Below the pieces are notes generated by a model. That model was not told the origin of the DNA, made no database searches, and was given only the letters and a program-made list of their open reading frames with translations. A stretch of DNA of 62,467 nt, counting the filler, from Choristocarpus tenellus KU-1152 (taxonomy: Eukaryota; Protista; Phaeophyceae): NCBI GenBank assembly GCA_964200185.2. It is 11 parts of 11 records of this genome, joined end to end, with 100 filler letters (N's around TTAATTAATTAA, not from the genome) between each part and the next. Parts side by side here need not be neighbours in the genome. Positions count along the whole stretch, not along the records: positions 11,256 to 16,090 come from CAXNAD020012878.1; positions 16,191 to 20,103 come from CAXNAD020017188.1; positions 20,204 to 26,286 come from CAXNAD020008979.1; positions 26,387 to 37,656 come from CAXNAD020002413.1; 7 more parts are not named here. One strand, 5' to 3'. The stretch's first letter is position 1; each line of letters starts with the position of its first letter. Position numbers and translations under genes: made by a program. Below are positions 14,354 to 26,899 of the stretch, in pieces.

Positions 14354-16090
14354 AACAAGGGATGGGCAAAATCAAACACTGCCCAATCACGACCTTGGCA
14401 CCGACGTCAGGTGGGCATGGAGGCTGGCAGTGTACCCCAGGGGCGGTCCAAACATAGCAACACAAGGTTGCATCAGCGCCTACCTCGAGCTCGCTAATGC
14501 AGAAATGCTCCCCGCTGGCTCCAGGCGCCTTGTGAGACTGGAGTTTGGCCTTCATCCTTGGTGCAAACCCAACACCCCTCCCACTGCACTGACATTCCTA
14601 AAGAGTCGGTATCTCCTCCATGCGTTTGAGACAGGAGGTGAAGACATTGGAACAGCACGGTGCTTTGAGCATTCCGCCATCTGGAAGGCCAGAGATACAT
14701 TGATCGATCCCAGTGGTAAGCATCTCAGCAACAGCACCAACAGCCTATGGCACTTTTCTTTTGGAAGCCAGGGCACAACACCCTCACTTGTCTATTATGT
14801 ATGTCACTGCAGGAAGTAGGAGAAGTACACAAACCAGGAAAAGGGACCGGGTCCAATTTTTGAGTAGAGAAAATGAGAAGAGAAAAGCAGTTCATTTGCC
14901 TGTGCACACAGCCTCCTCATCTACCTGTGCAAATAGGGGGCAATAACGATCTTCCCCCGCCCCATTCGTCTGCCCCCACGCCATGTCCTCGCAAAGGCTA
15001 TCTGCACCTGAGTGTCAGGGTGGCTGATGTACGATATGCCTACTTCCGTGTGGCTACAGACAGGGACATTGCTGCATCGAATTCTGCATCCTTCGTGAAC
15101 TGGGCCACATGTATGCAAGCACGGTGCTTTTTGCACGACAGGGTCATTGATGTGGTGAGTGGCGGCAGTCCTGATATTCCCCTTGTCACAGAATGAACAG
15201 TCCCCACCAGCATCTAATGCACAATCCTTTGATTTCCCTGGAACCCATACCCTGAGGAGTGATGTGCAATATTGAGATTGTTGAAGTGATGCCCTTCTCC
15301 TTCAAAGTAGCATACGCGTGACCCTCTGTTCCCTCTGCTCCTTCATTTCCCCCTCGCCCCCGCATACCTCTGTTGGGGTAACCACCTCAGATTCAGGAGT
15401 TGGCAAAACAAGCTGGGGTGCCTCTATTCCGATGTCGGCCATGGGTATGTCTTGCTCGGCGGTGTGGTGCAATCCGGCCAGCCAACACCCTGACTCCTGC
15501 ACACCTCAACTTGACCATTGCTGAGGTATACCTGCTCATACGTGGGATGTATTCATCACCTTTTGTTCTTGCGAACGCCTCCCATATTGAGAAACAGTTG
15601 ATGGTCCCAGAGATCACACGAGCACAATATAGGCCATACACGCAGATGTACCAATGTAGAAACAAAAACATTTTTCTGCTTATCACTGTCACCTGCCATA
15701 TGTCTTTGTCCTCAAATCCTTTTCCTTCCTCCACAGTACCTACATTCCCATTTCCCCCTATCCATACCACACTTAACCCCCCCTTTCACCTATTCCACTT
15801 CTCCCTGTCATGTTGACCCTCACCTGTCCCTAACCCTATTTATCCACTTTGCTCCCCGTCCATGATCTCATATTCCTAACACTACCTTCCGCTCTCACCC
15901 TTGCCCTCTCCATGTCCCCCATGGTGGTCCTACCCCTATCCTGTGCGGTCTCAGGTAATGGGAAGCATGTCAGAGCACCTCCTGTACCTTGAGCTGACAG
16001 ATCCAGGTAAAGTACCTCGCATTGACCAAGGGAAGGAGGAGGTCCCACCTCTTACGCCACCAGGTGGACTACCAAACCCCTTGGTATCGC
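14354..16090 (+). CDS. MATH-domain protein with USP7/UBP12-type ubiquitin-like (ICP0-binding-like) domain; partial
   Basis: Exons ~14354(or ATG 14346)-14715, 14997-15154, 15391-15525, 15955->16090. WRLAVYPRG...ISAYLELANAEMLPAGSRRLVRLEFGL is MATH-like; YFRVATDRDI and ELAKQAGVPLFRCRPWVCLARRCGAIRP...LYLE resemble the first UBL domain of USP7/UBP12. Confidence 0.72.
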
Positions 16091-16927
16091 NNNNNNNNNN
16101 NNNNNNNNNNNNNNNNNNNNNNNNNNNNNNNNNNTTAATTAATTAANNNNNNNNNNNNNNNNNNNNNNNNNNNNNNNNNNNNNNNNNNNNGTGGAATGGA
16201 GTGTTGGAGGGCTTCGGGGGCAGAAGCATAGATAGGTGTAGGCTGCCCCATTTTGGTTGAGATTTTAGTGGGCAACCTTTTAGTGTCTGCGCAATACACC
16301 AACAATATATGAACGATAGAAAATCTTGATTCTTCATTGGGGCAGCAAAATTTACGTTACATTTAATTCTGAACAGAGGATGTATTATTTTCTTTTTTAT
16401 ATATATATTATTTTTTTCATTTCCCACCATGAACTTATTGTGTTGTTGTGATCCCTCAATGCATCACTGGCAGAATTCCATTGGTTGACTCATTTATTCT
16501 TTTTTTTGCACATGATTGCGGTAATTAAGAGGAGAGGGTAGTACTGTAGGTAGCATGGCCAATGCCGTGTTGTTGATCCCATGTCATGGGAATGCCTGTC
16601 TATTGTAGCTTCAAGTTTACTATTGTGCGCTGTCTCCTATCCCCTCGATATTTTATTTTTTGTTTTATTTGCTGATATATGCTAAGAATTAATTTATCAT
16701 AGTGTATTTATATTTATTGATAATATTTATTTATTATTGATGCCGAATCGCTTTGTAGTAGAATAATGCTTAGAATTATTCTTTACTTTGTATTTTGTGT
16801 GGTTTCTTTTGTTCTTGGAATACCCCCTTTCTTTACGAGGATATTTGTCGCCTTCTGTATTTATTTCCTCTCTTTTGGATGATATGGCCGTAAACCCCTT
16901 GATGACATGTTCACAACCATGATGCAG

Positions 16928-19214
16928 GTCGTGGGATCATTTAGCCTCAAACCCCTCCTGGAGAGAGAGGGTCTTGTTCTTCCCTGTGTTGTGTTAACTA
17001 CTCTGTATATCTGCACATCTCATGTGAGTGGTTTCCGCAGTCACAATTCCACCTCGAACCCCAGGACCGCTGTCAGTCCCAAGGTATACCTTTAATGTAC
17101 CCTTTACAAGATATAAGGGAATGGGTTTTGGTTTGTAGAACTTGGTTCTGTGGGGTTAACTTGTCGCCATGTGTGTAGCTATTGAGATGCCACTGTACCA
17201 TGGGGGAAGTCCATGTGACATGTGAAGCATTTTGTCTGAACAGTATCATTAAAGGTACAGTACACTCACAGTACCTTGGCGTGCCTCTTCATTCTAGAGC
17301 TCGCTCTAATTTTTTTTTCAACCTTTTTTTTATGTATTCCTTTCTCAAGTCGTCGTTTTTTTTTTTGTTGGTGTAAGGAAATGTTCATCTTTCAAGCCAT
17401 GTGTGGGACTCCTGTGTAGATTATTTTGGTTGGTACTTTTGAGGTAGTAGTGTGCGGATGTGGCCTTTTGACATTCATGTGTGCTTCCTGGTCTCTGTGA
17501 TTGGCTTAATAGAGACCCTGAAAATATTCTATCATAGGACGTTGTAAAATTGAACTTGGAAATGCATTTTTTTATTTTTTGTGAAATGTTTGGGAATAGT
17601 ATCTGAGAGTTGACCACTTTATAGAAGAAAAAAAAAGGAATCTCCAAAAAAGTATGGGAGATCTCTGTTGCAATATATACACGCGTGGATATGGAGCGGC
17701 ATGGGTTTGATGTTTTGTACTCTGCCATGCCTTAATGCAGTGTTTTTAAACGTTTTGAAAAGCTATCTATAACTTGATTAGTTTTTTTCAACATTTCCAC
17801 TGCTGCTATGGTCGAAATTAATCTCAAGTAGGGATTGTGGGTGGTGTATGTATTTTCTGTTGATTCTATTTGATTTAGTGCTTTGATTGATTCAGGTGTT
17901 TTCCTTTAGTTCTAATTCCTTGGCAAGGGGAACCGCTGACGCCTCCATTGGTCTGTGTTAAGATGAATCAGGAAGGACTCAACTTATCCCTAACTCTTCT
18001 CGAATGAATATGTTGGCATTGTAGTAGCATTGTTTTCAACTTTGGATGTGGATGAGACACAAAAAATGTAGTGGGTGTACTGCAGTAGGTTGGTGTTGAT
18101 GTTGAAGCATCACTATTGTTGTGTTGTACCCTCCCCTCCAATCCCCCGAAGAATGAATGAAGAATGTACTCACAAAACTGCGCAAACTCAAACGCATGGG
18201 GGGTTTCTGAGTGTGCCTAGGTGCTTGCATCAGTGACAGGGGCAGGTATACCTGGACTACGACCACCTGGGATGGTATTCCCATATAACAGGTGAGAGAC
18301 GACCCACTCTTGTTCATTTGAAGCATACAGTGATTGTGCAGTACTGCTTCAGTCTGTAAAGCTTGCATTGTGTTGGTTGGGCAGTAAATATACTGTGTGC
18401 ATTACACATCCCCCGGGTTGTTTGGCAACTGGTGGTTTAGTGATCTCTCTTGTCTTTCTTTACCTTGGTGCTTACCGACTTTCCAAGAGAGGTGAATCCC
18501 CTCAGTAGATTGTTTGGTTTCAGAACTGTTGCATTTGAAGTCACCATTTGTGGGCTATGTTTTGGCGAGGTCAATAAACCTAGTTGCAAATACACGTTTT
18601 CTGCGTAGTGGTAGCAAGTGAGCTGCACTGCACCAGAACACATTCCCCAAAAGCCCTTACTCTACTTCTTGAAGAGCATTCAGGATCATTTGCAGAGCAT
18701 GCCTGTAGGTTGATGAGAAGTGTCCCTGTCGTCCTATGCTTGCCCTCTCATAAGAACTTGGTACTGCAGCAGTTTAAACCTCGGCATGAAAGGTGGCCCA
18801 TTGACAACGCTGCCTTGGAATCACTTTCCACGCTGGAATTGTCCCTCCTAATAACCTAGTTTAGTTTTGAGTTGACCATTGCTCCACACACTTGCCTGGC
18901 AATACCGCTGACATCCCATGGCTGTGCTGGATTCTGTCCTTGCCAGGTGTTTTACCCCAATGGTCGCACAACTTGTGGTGTTCCTTTCAAGTGCTGGGAT
19001 GATGGCACTGGTTATTGCTGAGGTTTTGCTACAGCCACCAGAGGCGTTGCCCCACCTGTACCCTACCCTCAATGCAGCATTTTCTTGCATCAACCTGTTG
19101 TGTGCCTATGTTCTCGGTCTATACTGGCAGTGGTGTGAAGGCAGTTCATCATTGAACAATTCGAGCAGGGAGGGTTTTAGTGTGGATACGACAATCCGGG
19201 AAAAGCAAGAGTAG
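16928..19214 (+). CDS. ALG6: Dolichyl-P-glucose alpha-1,3-glucosyltransferase (ALG6/ALG8 family), 3' end
   Basis: Exon 16928-17083 (or -17023) VVGSFSLKPLLEREGLVLPC and last exon 18947-19214 LLQPPEALPHLYPTLNAAFSC...YWQW match the ALG6 C-terminal FS-PLL--DGL-LP and PP--YP-L--L motifs. The phases differ, so at least one linking exon is unresolved. Confidence 0.7.
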
Positions 19215-20288
19215 TGTTTATGATCACTGAGTGCAAGAGGCGTGTTTGGCCTACGATAGTGAGCCAAAGTAAACAGGAGATACCCACTTTTTGCCCGTTT
19301 ATCATTTAAAGTCTGTTTTTTCAATCTCTTTCAATTCACCCATCTTTTTATTTCTATGGATGGAGCTCTAACTTTGACGTAAGAACTTTTATTTCTGTAT
19401 ATTGTCTTATAAAATAGAACACAATTCAGAAAATGTCTATATATGCGTTTGCAACAAAACGAATTTTGGCACATATGTGCCAGTATCCTTAAAATGCAAC
19501 TCTGGGTAACTCTTGTCTACTTTCACTCAGTAGAAGCCTACAAGTATGTACAAGCTAGAAAGCTGGGGAGGTTTGTTGTTCTAACTCATTGGCTGAAGTA
19601 TAGTAAACTGGTTATATATTATGTTTAAATGTGAACACATTTAGGCAAATTTGTCATCTTGGTATGGACATTTGCCCGTCTGTATGTGATGATGAGATCT
19701 GATACCCCCAGTCCACTCTGTACACATTCCGTCCTGCTGCTGTTGTTGTGCACCTACTAAAGTTGTGCTCTCGCTGAGGAGTATGTCACATGCTGTAAGG
19801 TCAGCAAATCTGAATACCCAACTTAAATGAAGTGGTTTCTTTTATTCTGGAATCCATTGCTGTGTATCCCAACTCAAGGCAGAACCAAGCCATCCAAGAG
19901 GTGTAGCAGCTATATTTATTGTTCGTTCTGGTTTCGACCTTCAATTCTACCTCTAAGCAACTTCTTAATACATCCAACATGTGTATACATGGGCTTGCTC
20001 AGCTCATGACTGGGGAGACGGCACATTTGCTCAAAGTATCTGGGGGGGGGGGGTGATGGATATCCATTTGGGGCCAATTTTTTCATGTCGCGATTTTTGT
20101 GTTNNNNNNNNNNNNNNNNNNNNNNNNNNNNNNNNNNNNNNNNNNNNTTAATTAATTAANNNNNNNNNNNNNNNNNNNNNNNNNNNNNNNNNNNNNNNNN
20201 NNNGGCGGCCTTCGGAGCTCATATCGACCAAGATGTCCGTAATATATAGTATCAACTCCAATAATCGGTCATTCACAGTGCATCAGAG

Positions 20289-20850
20289 GTGACAACGAAG
20301 ATGGCCGCCAAGGGGCTGAATTATAGCATGAGCACCATAAACAGATGGTTGGATGATATGGGGGCCATGCCGAATGCCACTGGATCAAACCCAGGCTTAA
20401 ATCGTGGCAAAAGGTATGGAGAATGGACTTTGTTTGCGATTAAGTGGACCGGAAACGTGGTGTTTACGCCTCCATGCGAACAGGATCCATGTGGATGAAA
20501 CTTGGTTTTAGGTGATGGCTGATGGGGGAAGGGTTAGGGTATTTCCTCACGAGGATGATAGCGACCTTCCAGGGTCCCCGACTGTGCAGCACAAGAGTCA
20601 TATTCCCAAAACCATGACAATTGTAACCAATGCCCGCCCAGGTTCGGCTCACACCTTTGATGGAAAGCTTGGTGTTTGGTGTGTGTGTGCGCCAAAAACG
20701 GCAGACAGAGGACAAGCAAGAACCATCAAAAGGGGTGTGTGTATGAGCAGGACTGTACTTCAGAGACCATTTGCGTCACAGAAAGCAGAAAACAGAGGAG
20801 TAACTTCCTGCAATCAAGACCAAGATGCCTTGGTTGCAGGGGAAGCACAA
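20289..20850 (+). mobile_element. Decayed mariner transposase, DD39D (plant-type) subgroup
   Basis: Across frameshifts and stops: HTH-like YSMSTINRWL, IHVDETWF, KSHIPKTMTIVTNARP and FDGKLGVW, matching the DD39D motifs HIDEKWF, K-MFL-AVARP and FDGKIG-W. Confidence 0.75.
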
Positions 20851-21290
20851 TGGGTCAAAGTATCTGTGGGGGTGGTGGTTTGTAAGGAGGCGTCCGTTTC
20901 GGTCCCGACGAGTTGCTCAAAAATCATAGCAATTGCTGTCTTCAGTCGTGGACGTCCTTTTATGATGCATTTTGGAATAAAGCCCTTAGGACCTACGCTT
21001 GGTGCTTGAATGGGTGTAGAGTATGTTATTATGACTCAGGGAAGTTGCCGTTGGGTTCAAAGTTTGGAGCTGGGATGGTTGCCGCCGTTTGGATTGGGTG
21101 TGGAAAAGGGGTCATCTGTTGTGAAAATCTTGACTTGTGTTAAATATGGTGGTATGGAGTACGAGATGCTTCTGTGTCAACGTAGTTTTAACAAGGTTTC
21201 TGTGAATTGCTCTGTGGTCCAATGAACGCAAAGAAGGGAGGAAAAAGGATTGGGGCATGTCAGTAAGAATGTTAGAGGAGAGTGGCAGAA

Positions 21291-21548
21291 GAGTGAAAGT
21301 ATCGTAGAGGGTACAAGTTTTGCCCTGTTTGTCCATTTGGGGCTTGGCTTCCCTCATTTTATATTTGACACATTCCTACTCCAAAATATTTCGGAGTTAG
21401 GTAAAATGTATACATTATGAAAAATTTTTCTGGAACAAGGATATTGACACTTTTAGATTACTATGATAGCTGAAATTACATAAAAATCGCAACATCGGAG
21501 TTTGGCCCCCAAATGGACGTGGCTGTACCCTCTAAGATACTTTGACTC
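21291..21548. mobile_element. MITE family A copy
   Basis: gagtgaaagtatcgtagag...ctctaagatactttgactc; 4-bp TSD AGAA/AGAA. Confidence 0.9.
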
Positions 21549-21851
21549 AGAACGTACTAATGGAGATGAATTCCAGGTTGCAATCGGGCCAATAAAAGCA
21601 TGCGTAGGAGGACACATAGACACAAACTCATCAGGAAGATATTTTAGGATTAATATACCAAATGTGTAAGTTCGTTGATTTAGAGAACGTCCGACCTCTC
21701 CAGTACATGTCTGTCTAGGCATGTGTCTTATTGGCGACGTAGAGGTTGACTCACGATCAGAAATTGGCCTAGGTTGCTCCTCAAAGTCGTGTCTCTCGTC
21801 AGTATGGGGGCAGAGTGGGACTTGTCTAGAACCAGGCAAGTGCAGGAGCGT

Positions 21852-22106
21852 GAGAGAAAGTATCTTAGAGGGCACGAGTTTTGCCCTGTTTGTCCATTTG
21901 AGGCTTGACTTCCCACGGTTTTTTATGATTTTATCCTACTCCAAAATGTTTAGGAGTAGGTGGAATGTATACCTTAAGAAAAGGTGCGTTCGGAACAAGA
22001 ATATTTACTTTCTAACAAAGACAACAGTCAATATTACATCAAAGTCGCAACATTGGATTTTGGACCCCAAACGGATGCGGCTCTACCCTCTAAGATACTT
22101 TGACTT
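21852..22106. mobile_element. MITE family A copy interrupting a decayed ORF
   Basis: gagagaaagtatcttagag...ctctaagatactttgactt; flanks CGT/TGT (3-bp TSD with one C>T change). Confidence 0.88.
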
Positions 22107-22950
22107 TGTCTTGGTCTATACTGTATCGTTCGACAAGAAGCTGGATATTTCACAATTCGCCATTCTCCCATTCAACCTCGTAGGGGTAGCTGACTCGCTC
22201 ATCTCCAACTTTCACCGTGTAGTGGGGCTGGTACTTGGTCACGGTCCCTCGCATCCACTGATCGTCTTATCTGAAGTATAATCCTCTGCCCTTGCCACCT
22301 GCATTGAGTGTTTATCCCTCGTCTAAACCCGGCACAGCCCTCAGTGTCGGTTTAAGGAGTATATAATTATCTGTATCCTTCATGTCAATACGCTTCCGCT
22401 GTCGGTCAACCATCGACCAGCGGCATTGTCTGACACGCTGGGCTGCAGCCTCCACACTGTCCCTCTCTTTCTTCTCCCGAAGTTGGTCGACACCCTCCTC
22501 TATCTTGTCTTCTGTCATGTACGACCTCAGATGAGGATACAAGGATTTTTCGCCATCATCCGGAAGGTAGGACACTGAGTAAATGTATGCCCCTGAACCG
22601 TCCACGTGAACATCACTTACCTTCCCCTGTACGATAGACCCCCCACTCGCGCATAGGATGAAGCTGGTTGCTCGACCGAACCTGGCGTCGGATGTGTCCC
22701 CAAGTCTGAGTTGCTTTGAGAAGCGAGCAGGTATCGCACCGAGGGATTGCCGGTTGGATTCTGTGGTGAACCTCTGGTATTGACCAGGTAGGATCGTGAA
22801 TGTGTTGTTCAGGTGGTTGTGGTGGATGTCTGTGAAGTCTGGGATGATGATAGCCTGAAGGGGCATGACGGGGGGGCCCGGTTGTGCCTCCTGCATCAAC
22901 ACAAACATGTTCGTTGCAGGGGCTGTATTGGTGTGTTGGACTATTGGCAT
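22107..22950 (-). pseudogene. Intronless decayed ORF with two Tudor/SH3-like segments, probably a TE accessory gene
   Basis: The 212-aa ORF (GKVSDV...YSVSYLPDDGE) continues in frame through three stops into DDQWMRGTVTKY...YPYEVEWENGE...YSIDQD, then the MITE, then APALAWF. Confidence 0.45.
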
Positions 22951-23816
22951 GTATTTGCGCGTAATGCCCTAGTTTGGTTGTATTGCGGTCTTGTTTGTTT
23001 TGGTTTTAAGGAATGGAGAGTTTTATGTAGGATAGAGGATACACTTAGACGGCGGAATGAAGGAATGGGATAAGCTTATTTTCCATACGGACCTTATAAA
23101 ATATTTAGTGAAAGTCGACTTGAACATCCATCCGTGGCTGGAGTGGTGCCTGGCATTCCATTGAACCGTGTCCTTGAGGTGGACAGTGAACGGCAAGAAA
23201 TCTATATCATTGTACTCCAATGGCTGCATCCGCACAATGCATATATTCCCCTCGGCGAGCTGTCTCCTTTTTCTTGACAGCTGGCTTCTCAGACACATAT
23301 CGCCCGTTCCTGTTTCTGTGGAAATTTCGAGGTCTATCTCCTTAAGCGGAGGCACGTGGGTTGGTTGCCACCTGCATTGGGCCAGGTTGTCGATTGAACA
23401 GTTCGTGCAGTAGCACGACAGTCCCGTGTTTATCAATGTACGGGACTCCGGTGGTGAGCCGACCAGTGAAGAACCTGTGCATGGACTTGATATCACTGAG
23501 GTTTGGGACACGTGGGTCGTGTCTTCCCGCGCAGTCAATTTCGTAAGCTGGGAGGTGGACTATCTCCTGTGTTCGAAACATGTCGATTTATAGAAGTTTC
23601 GTAGATGTGTTACTGTGCTGTCTGCCGTCCCTGTCCGTCCATTCCTAAGGGTTGTGGTGATTGTGCGTATAAGGGGAGGGATGGTACGTGTTGGAGTTAG
23701 TGTTGGTGCTGTGGCGGTGTCCTGTGATTGATTCGATGTGATGGCATTTTCTTTGGAGTGATCTGTGCTCCTATTCCTGGAACAAGTGTTTGGTAAATGA
23801 CAGGTAAATTTGTGAT

Positions 23817-24455
23817 GAAAACGAAAACTTAGAGGTTTGGATTAGTTTGATGCTTGGCAGACTTCTGGAAAATAGAGGGCACGATGATTGTATGTGTGCA
23901 CTGACGGTGAGCAGTCGACTAAGAAGTGCGCATGTGCGATTATCATTTCGCGAGTGGTGTCGACGTGAAGGGAAGGCACGGATGTGACACAATGAGTCAA
24001 CGATATCTATTGCGTGTTTAGTGCATAGGTTAGCAAGGGGCGGGAGGTGGCAGTTGTCGCCAGTGGCACACAGGGATCGATTATTGTGAGAGGGGAGAAT
24101 CATTTATGTAGTACATGTGCTATGTATTCCTACAACAAGCGATGGGTACATGGCAGACGTTGATACATGAAAGAAAACGATAACTTGGAGTTTTGCCCGA
24201 GTTTACCGATTGGTAGACTTATTCAAAATAGAGGGCGATGATTGCAAGTATGCACTGACGGTGTGCGGTCGATCGAGAAGTGCGATATGCGAGTAGCACG
24301 TCGTGCTTGGTGTCGATGAGAAGGGTAGGCATGGATTTGACGTAATGGGCCAACGATAGTTATTGCGTATTTAGTGAATTGGGTTGGCAAGGGGCGGGAG
24401 GGGTGAGTTTGTTGCCAGTGGGAAATAGAGGTCGATTATTGTGGGTGGAGGGGAC
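23817..24455. repeat. Diverged tandem duplication, ~280-bp units, period ~356 bp
   Basis: Collinear blocks gaaaacga..aaatagagggc..gcactgacggtg..gcaaggggcgggagg..cgattattgtg at ~23817-24097 and ~24173-24455. Confidence 0.8.
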
Positions 24456-25929
24456 CGCGCACGTCGTATATGTGCTACTTGTTTTCGTCCGAAACCGCCC
24501 CGGTTAGAATATCCTGAAAAGGTGTGGCTAGTGTATGCAGGCACTCACATGTGACATCAAAAAAGTTATGAATACGTTCCATGAAGCACGTAGGATGAAG
24601 TGAATTGAGGTAGTCTGTTGTACGGTAGAATGTGTGCCTTGATCTGAATTTTTGGAAACAATTGACAAATGCTTGGTGTGTGTCACCCCCCAAAATATTG
24701 GTGTATGTATGTACTACAATGGATGTGTTCTGTTGTACGGTAAACTATTGGGTAGGATGGGTGTTCTGATGGAAGGGATGCCCAAGGTTTCATGAGGTGT
24801 AGGTCTACACATATCCCCAGATGCACATACCATTTTTGGGGCCTCCTTCTCTACGGGGGATATGAGATTGTGCTTGTGTTGTTGGAAAATCGAGGATGAT
24901 GGATTGGAGGAGTGTGCCTTCAAATAAGTTATGTGGACCGCCACAACGTTTCTCATAGTTTGTCGTACTGTAACGTACGTAAAAATGACATGATGCGAGT
25001 GGATGAAGGAAGAGCGAAACATGTGTTGGGTATAATTTCCGGATTGTAAGGGTAAGGGATGGTGTTGGGGTTGAGACACAGGGTTAGGGTTGGGACAGGT
25101 GTTAGGGTTGGGATTGGAAACAGAAACAGAAAGGAACATCGTTTATTTCCGATACGGATCGGAAACAACATATCGGAGGACACGAACTTCGTCGTTAGGT
25201 TTTGTCCTGCTCTTGATGGGAGGACGTGTGCGTCAGCAGCTCCGAGCTACGGTGTAACTGGTGAACACCATGTGTCTCTGATTTCGATGCAAATGTGTGA
25301 TTTCGGAAGGATATGGTGACCATATCTTTCACTATGCCTAGTCTTCAAGCGCAAATCCCTCATTCCAGTAATTACAGAATGCACAGGCTACATTGGAGTG
25401 TGTTTAGCTGTGATGAAGGCCTGGTCTTACCCTCGGGATGTCCTGGGGTCTACCCCTCCGGAGTCCACGAGTTCATTTCCTATGCTAGCCAGATCCCCTA
25501 GTGGCTGACAGGTGGCCATCCTAAATCTGTGGCACGATGGGTATTGTCCTCTCCAAGAACTGCGACAACGATTCCTGTATATTGTCCAGGCCCGTTGCTG
25601 GTTTGTTGTTGAGTGAGTGAGCGAGTGTGTGGTTTGGCGAAAGTTTTTTTGTTATGCACTATAATATAATTCTTTAAATGTGGAAAAATATATGAAAAAA
25701 AGATGTAAACTCAACTTTTTGGCCCTTTCGCACTAATGAAGTAATAGAAGAAGGAGAGTTGTAAATATATATATATATATTTGTAAGTCTCCAATTGTTC
25801 TAGTTCAACGCCGTCGCATACATATATCAAAATATTAGCGAAGAGTAAAACTCCCTTTTTTAATTTCCTATTTGATTCCTGAGAAGAAGTAACACTCGAA
25901 CTAGCCTGTTTAGAACCCCAATATATATA

Positions 25930-26286
25930 CAGTAGATTACCTTATTTTGGGCCAAATATTATGAACCAAACCGAAAAATATGCAATTTTGTACCTCTTTT
26001 TTCGACATGCTAAAAAAAACAGGCTTTTGTACTGGAATTATCGTATTCGGGCGATTTGGCACAAAATCCCAGAGATATTCACGCGAGTTTGGCGCGCGCG
26101 TAAAAATTTCTCGCGAAAAGTGCCTTTCTTCCTGGGTCATGCTACCGTACAGTACGTTGCTGGTAGGGGGATAAATTGGAAGCCATGCCTTGTGCAGCAG
26201 GAAACCTCTGCAAGATGCCTTCAAACACACCGGGTTCGCCTTTCTACACAATCCACAAGTGCCGTAAGTGCGGTAGGTACCTCCAT
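25930..26286 (+). mobile_element. Possible left end of a pogo/Tc1-type element with the start of a Cys/His-rich ORF (26185->)
   Basis: TA|CAGTAGATTACC start after an (AT)n run; ORF MPCAAGNLCKMPSNTPGSPFYTIHKCRKCGRYLH runs into the contig end. Confidence 0.4.
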
Positions 26287-26899
26287 NNNNNNNNNNNNNN
26301 NNNNNNNNNNNNNNNNNNNNNNNNNNNNNNTTAATTAATTAANNNNNNNNNNNNNNNNNNNNNNNNNNNNNNNNNNNNNNNNNNNNTCTGGAGCTATACA
26401 TCCATTCGTGGATATACACGAGGATCTACATTTGATGGGGGGGGAACTGTTCTTGGGGGTGGTGCAGTCAAGCTGACACTCGTTTCCTCTTACATCCACT
26501 GGTAGGGAATACCGTTCTCTCTGGCTCTGATCAACCCATACCTCCTCAGTGTCAGTAGTGACTTTGGTGGCTGCAAAAAATTACTTGCCTCATGCTTGCA
26601 CCTTCCCTTTTCCCATGCTGTAACAAAATTTTATGTAAGAGTTGGATAGGTTTCCACTATTACTCTGACACCACATGAACAAATTATTTCATGTATTGTG
26701 TTGAACTTTCAGACTTTCGTGAATCTCTCTTCACAATCACCTATTCACACATTCAATTTGCCCAATAAACATATCTTAAACATCGCCAACCTGTGATCTC
26801 TTCATTCATTACACCGGCTACTGCACTGTTGTACCTCAAAACACGGTTTTTATTATTTGGGTAGTTACTGCATCACTTCAATTTTTCATCGAGTTTTCA

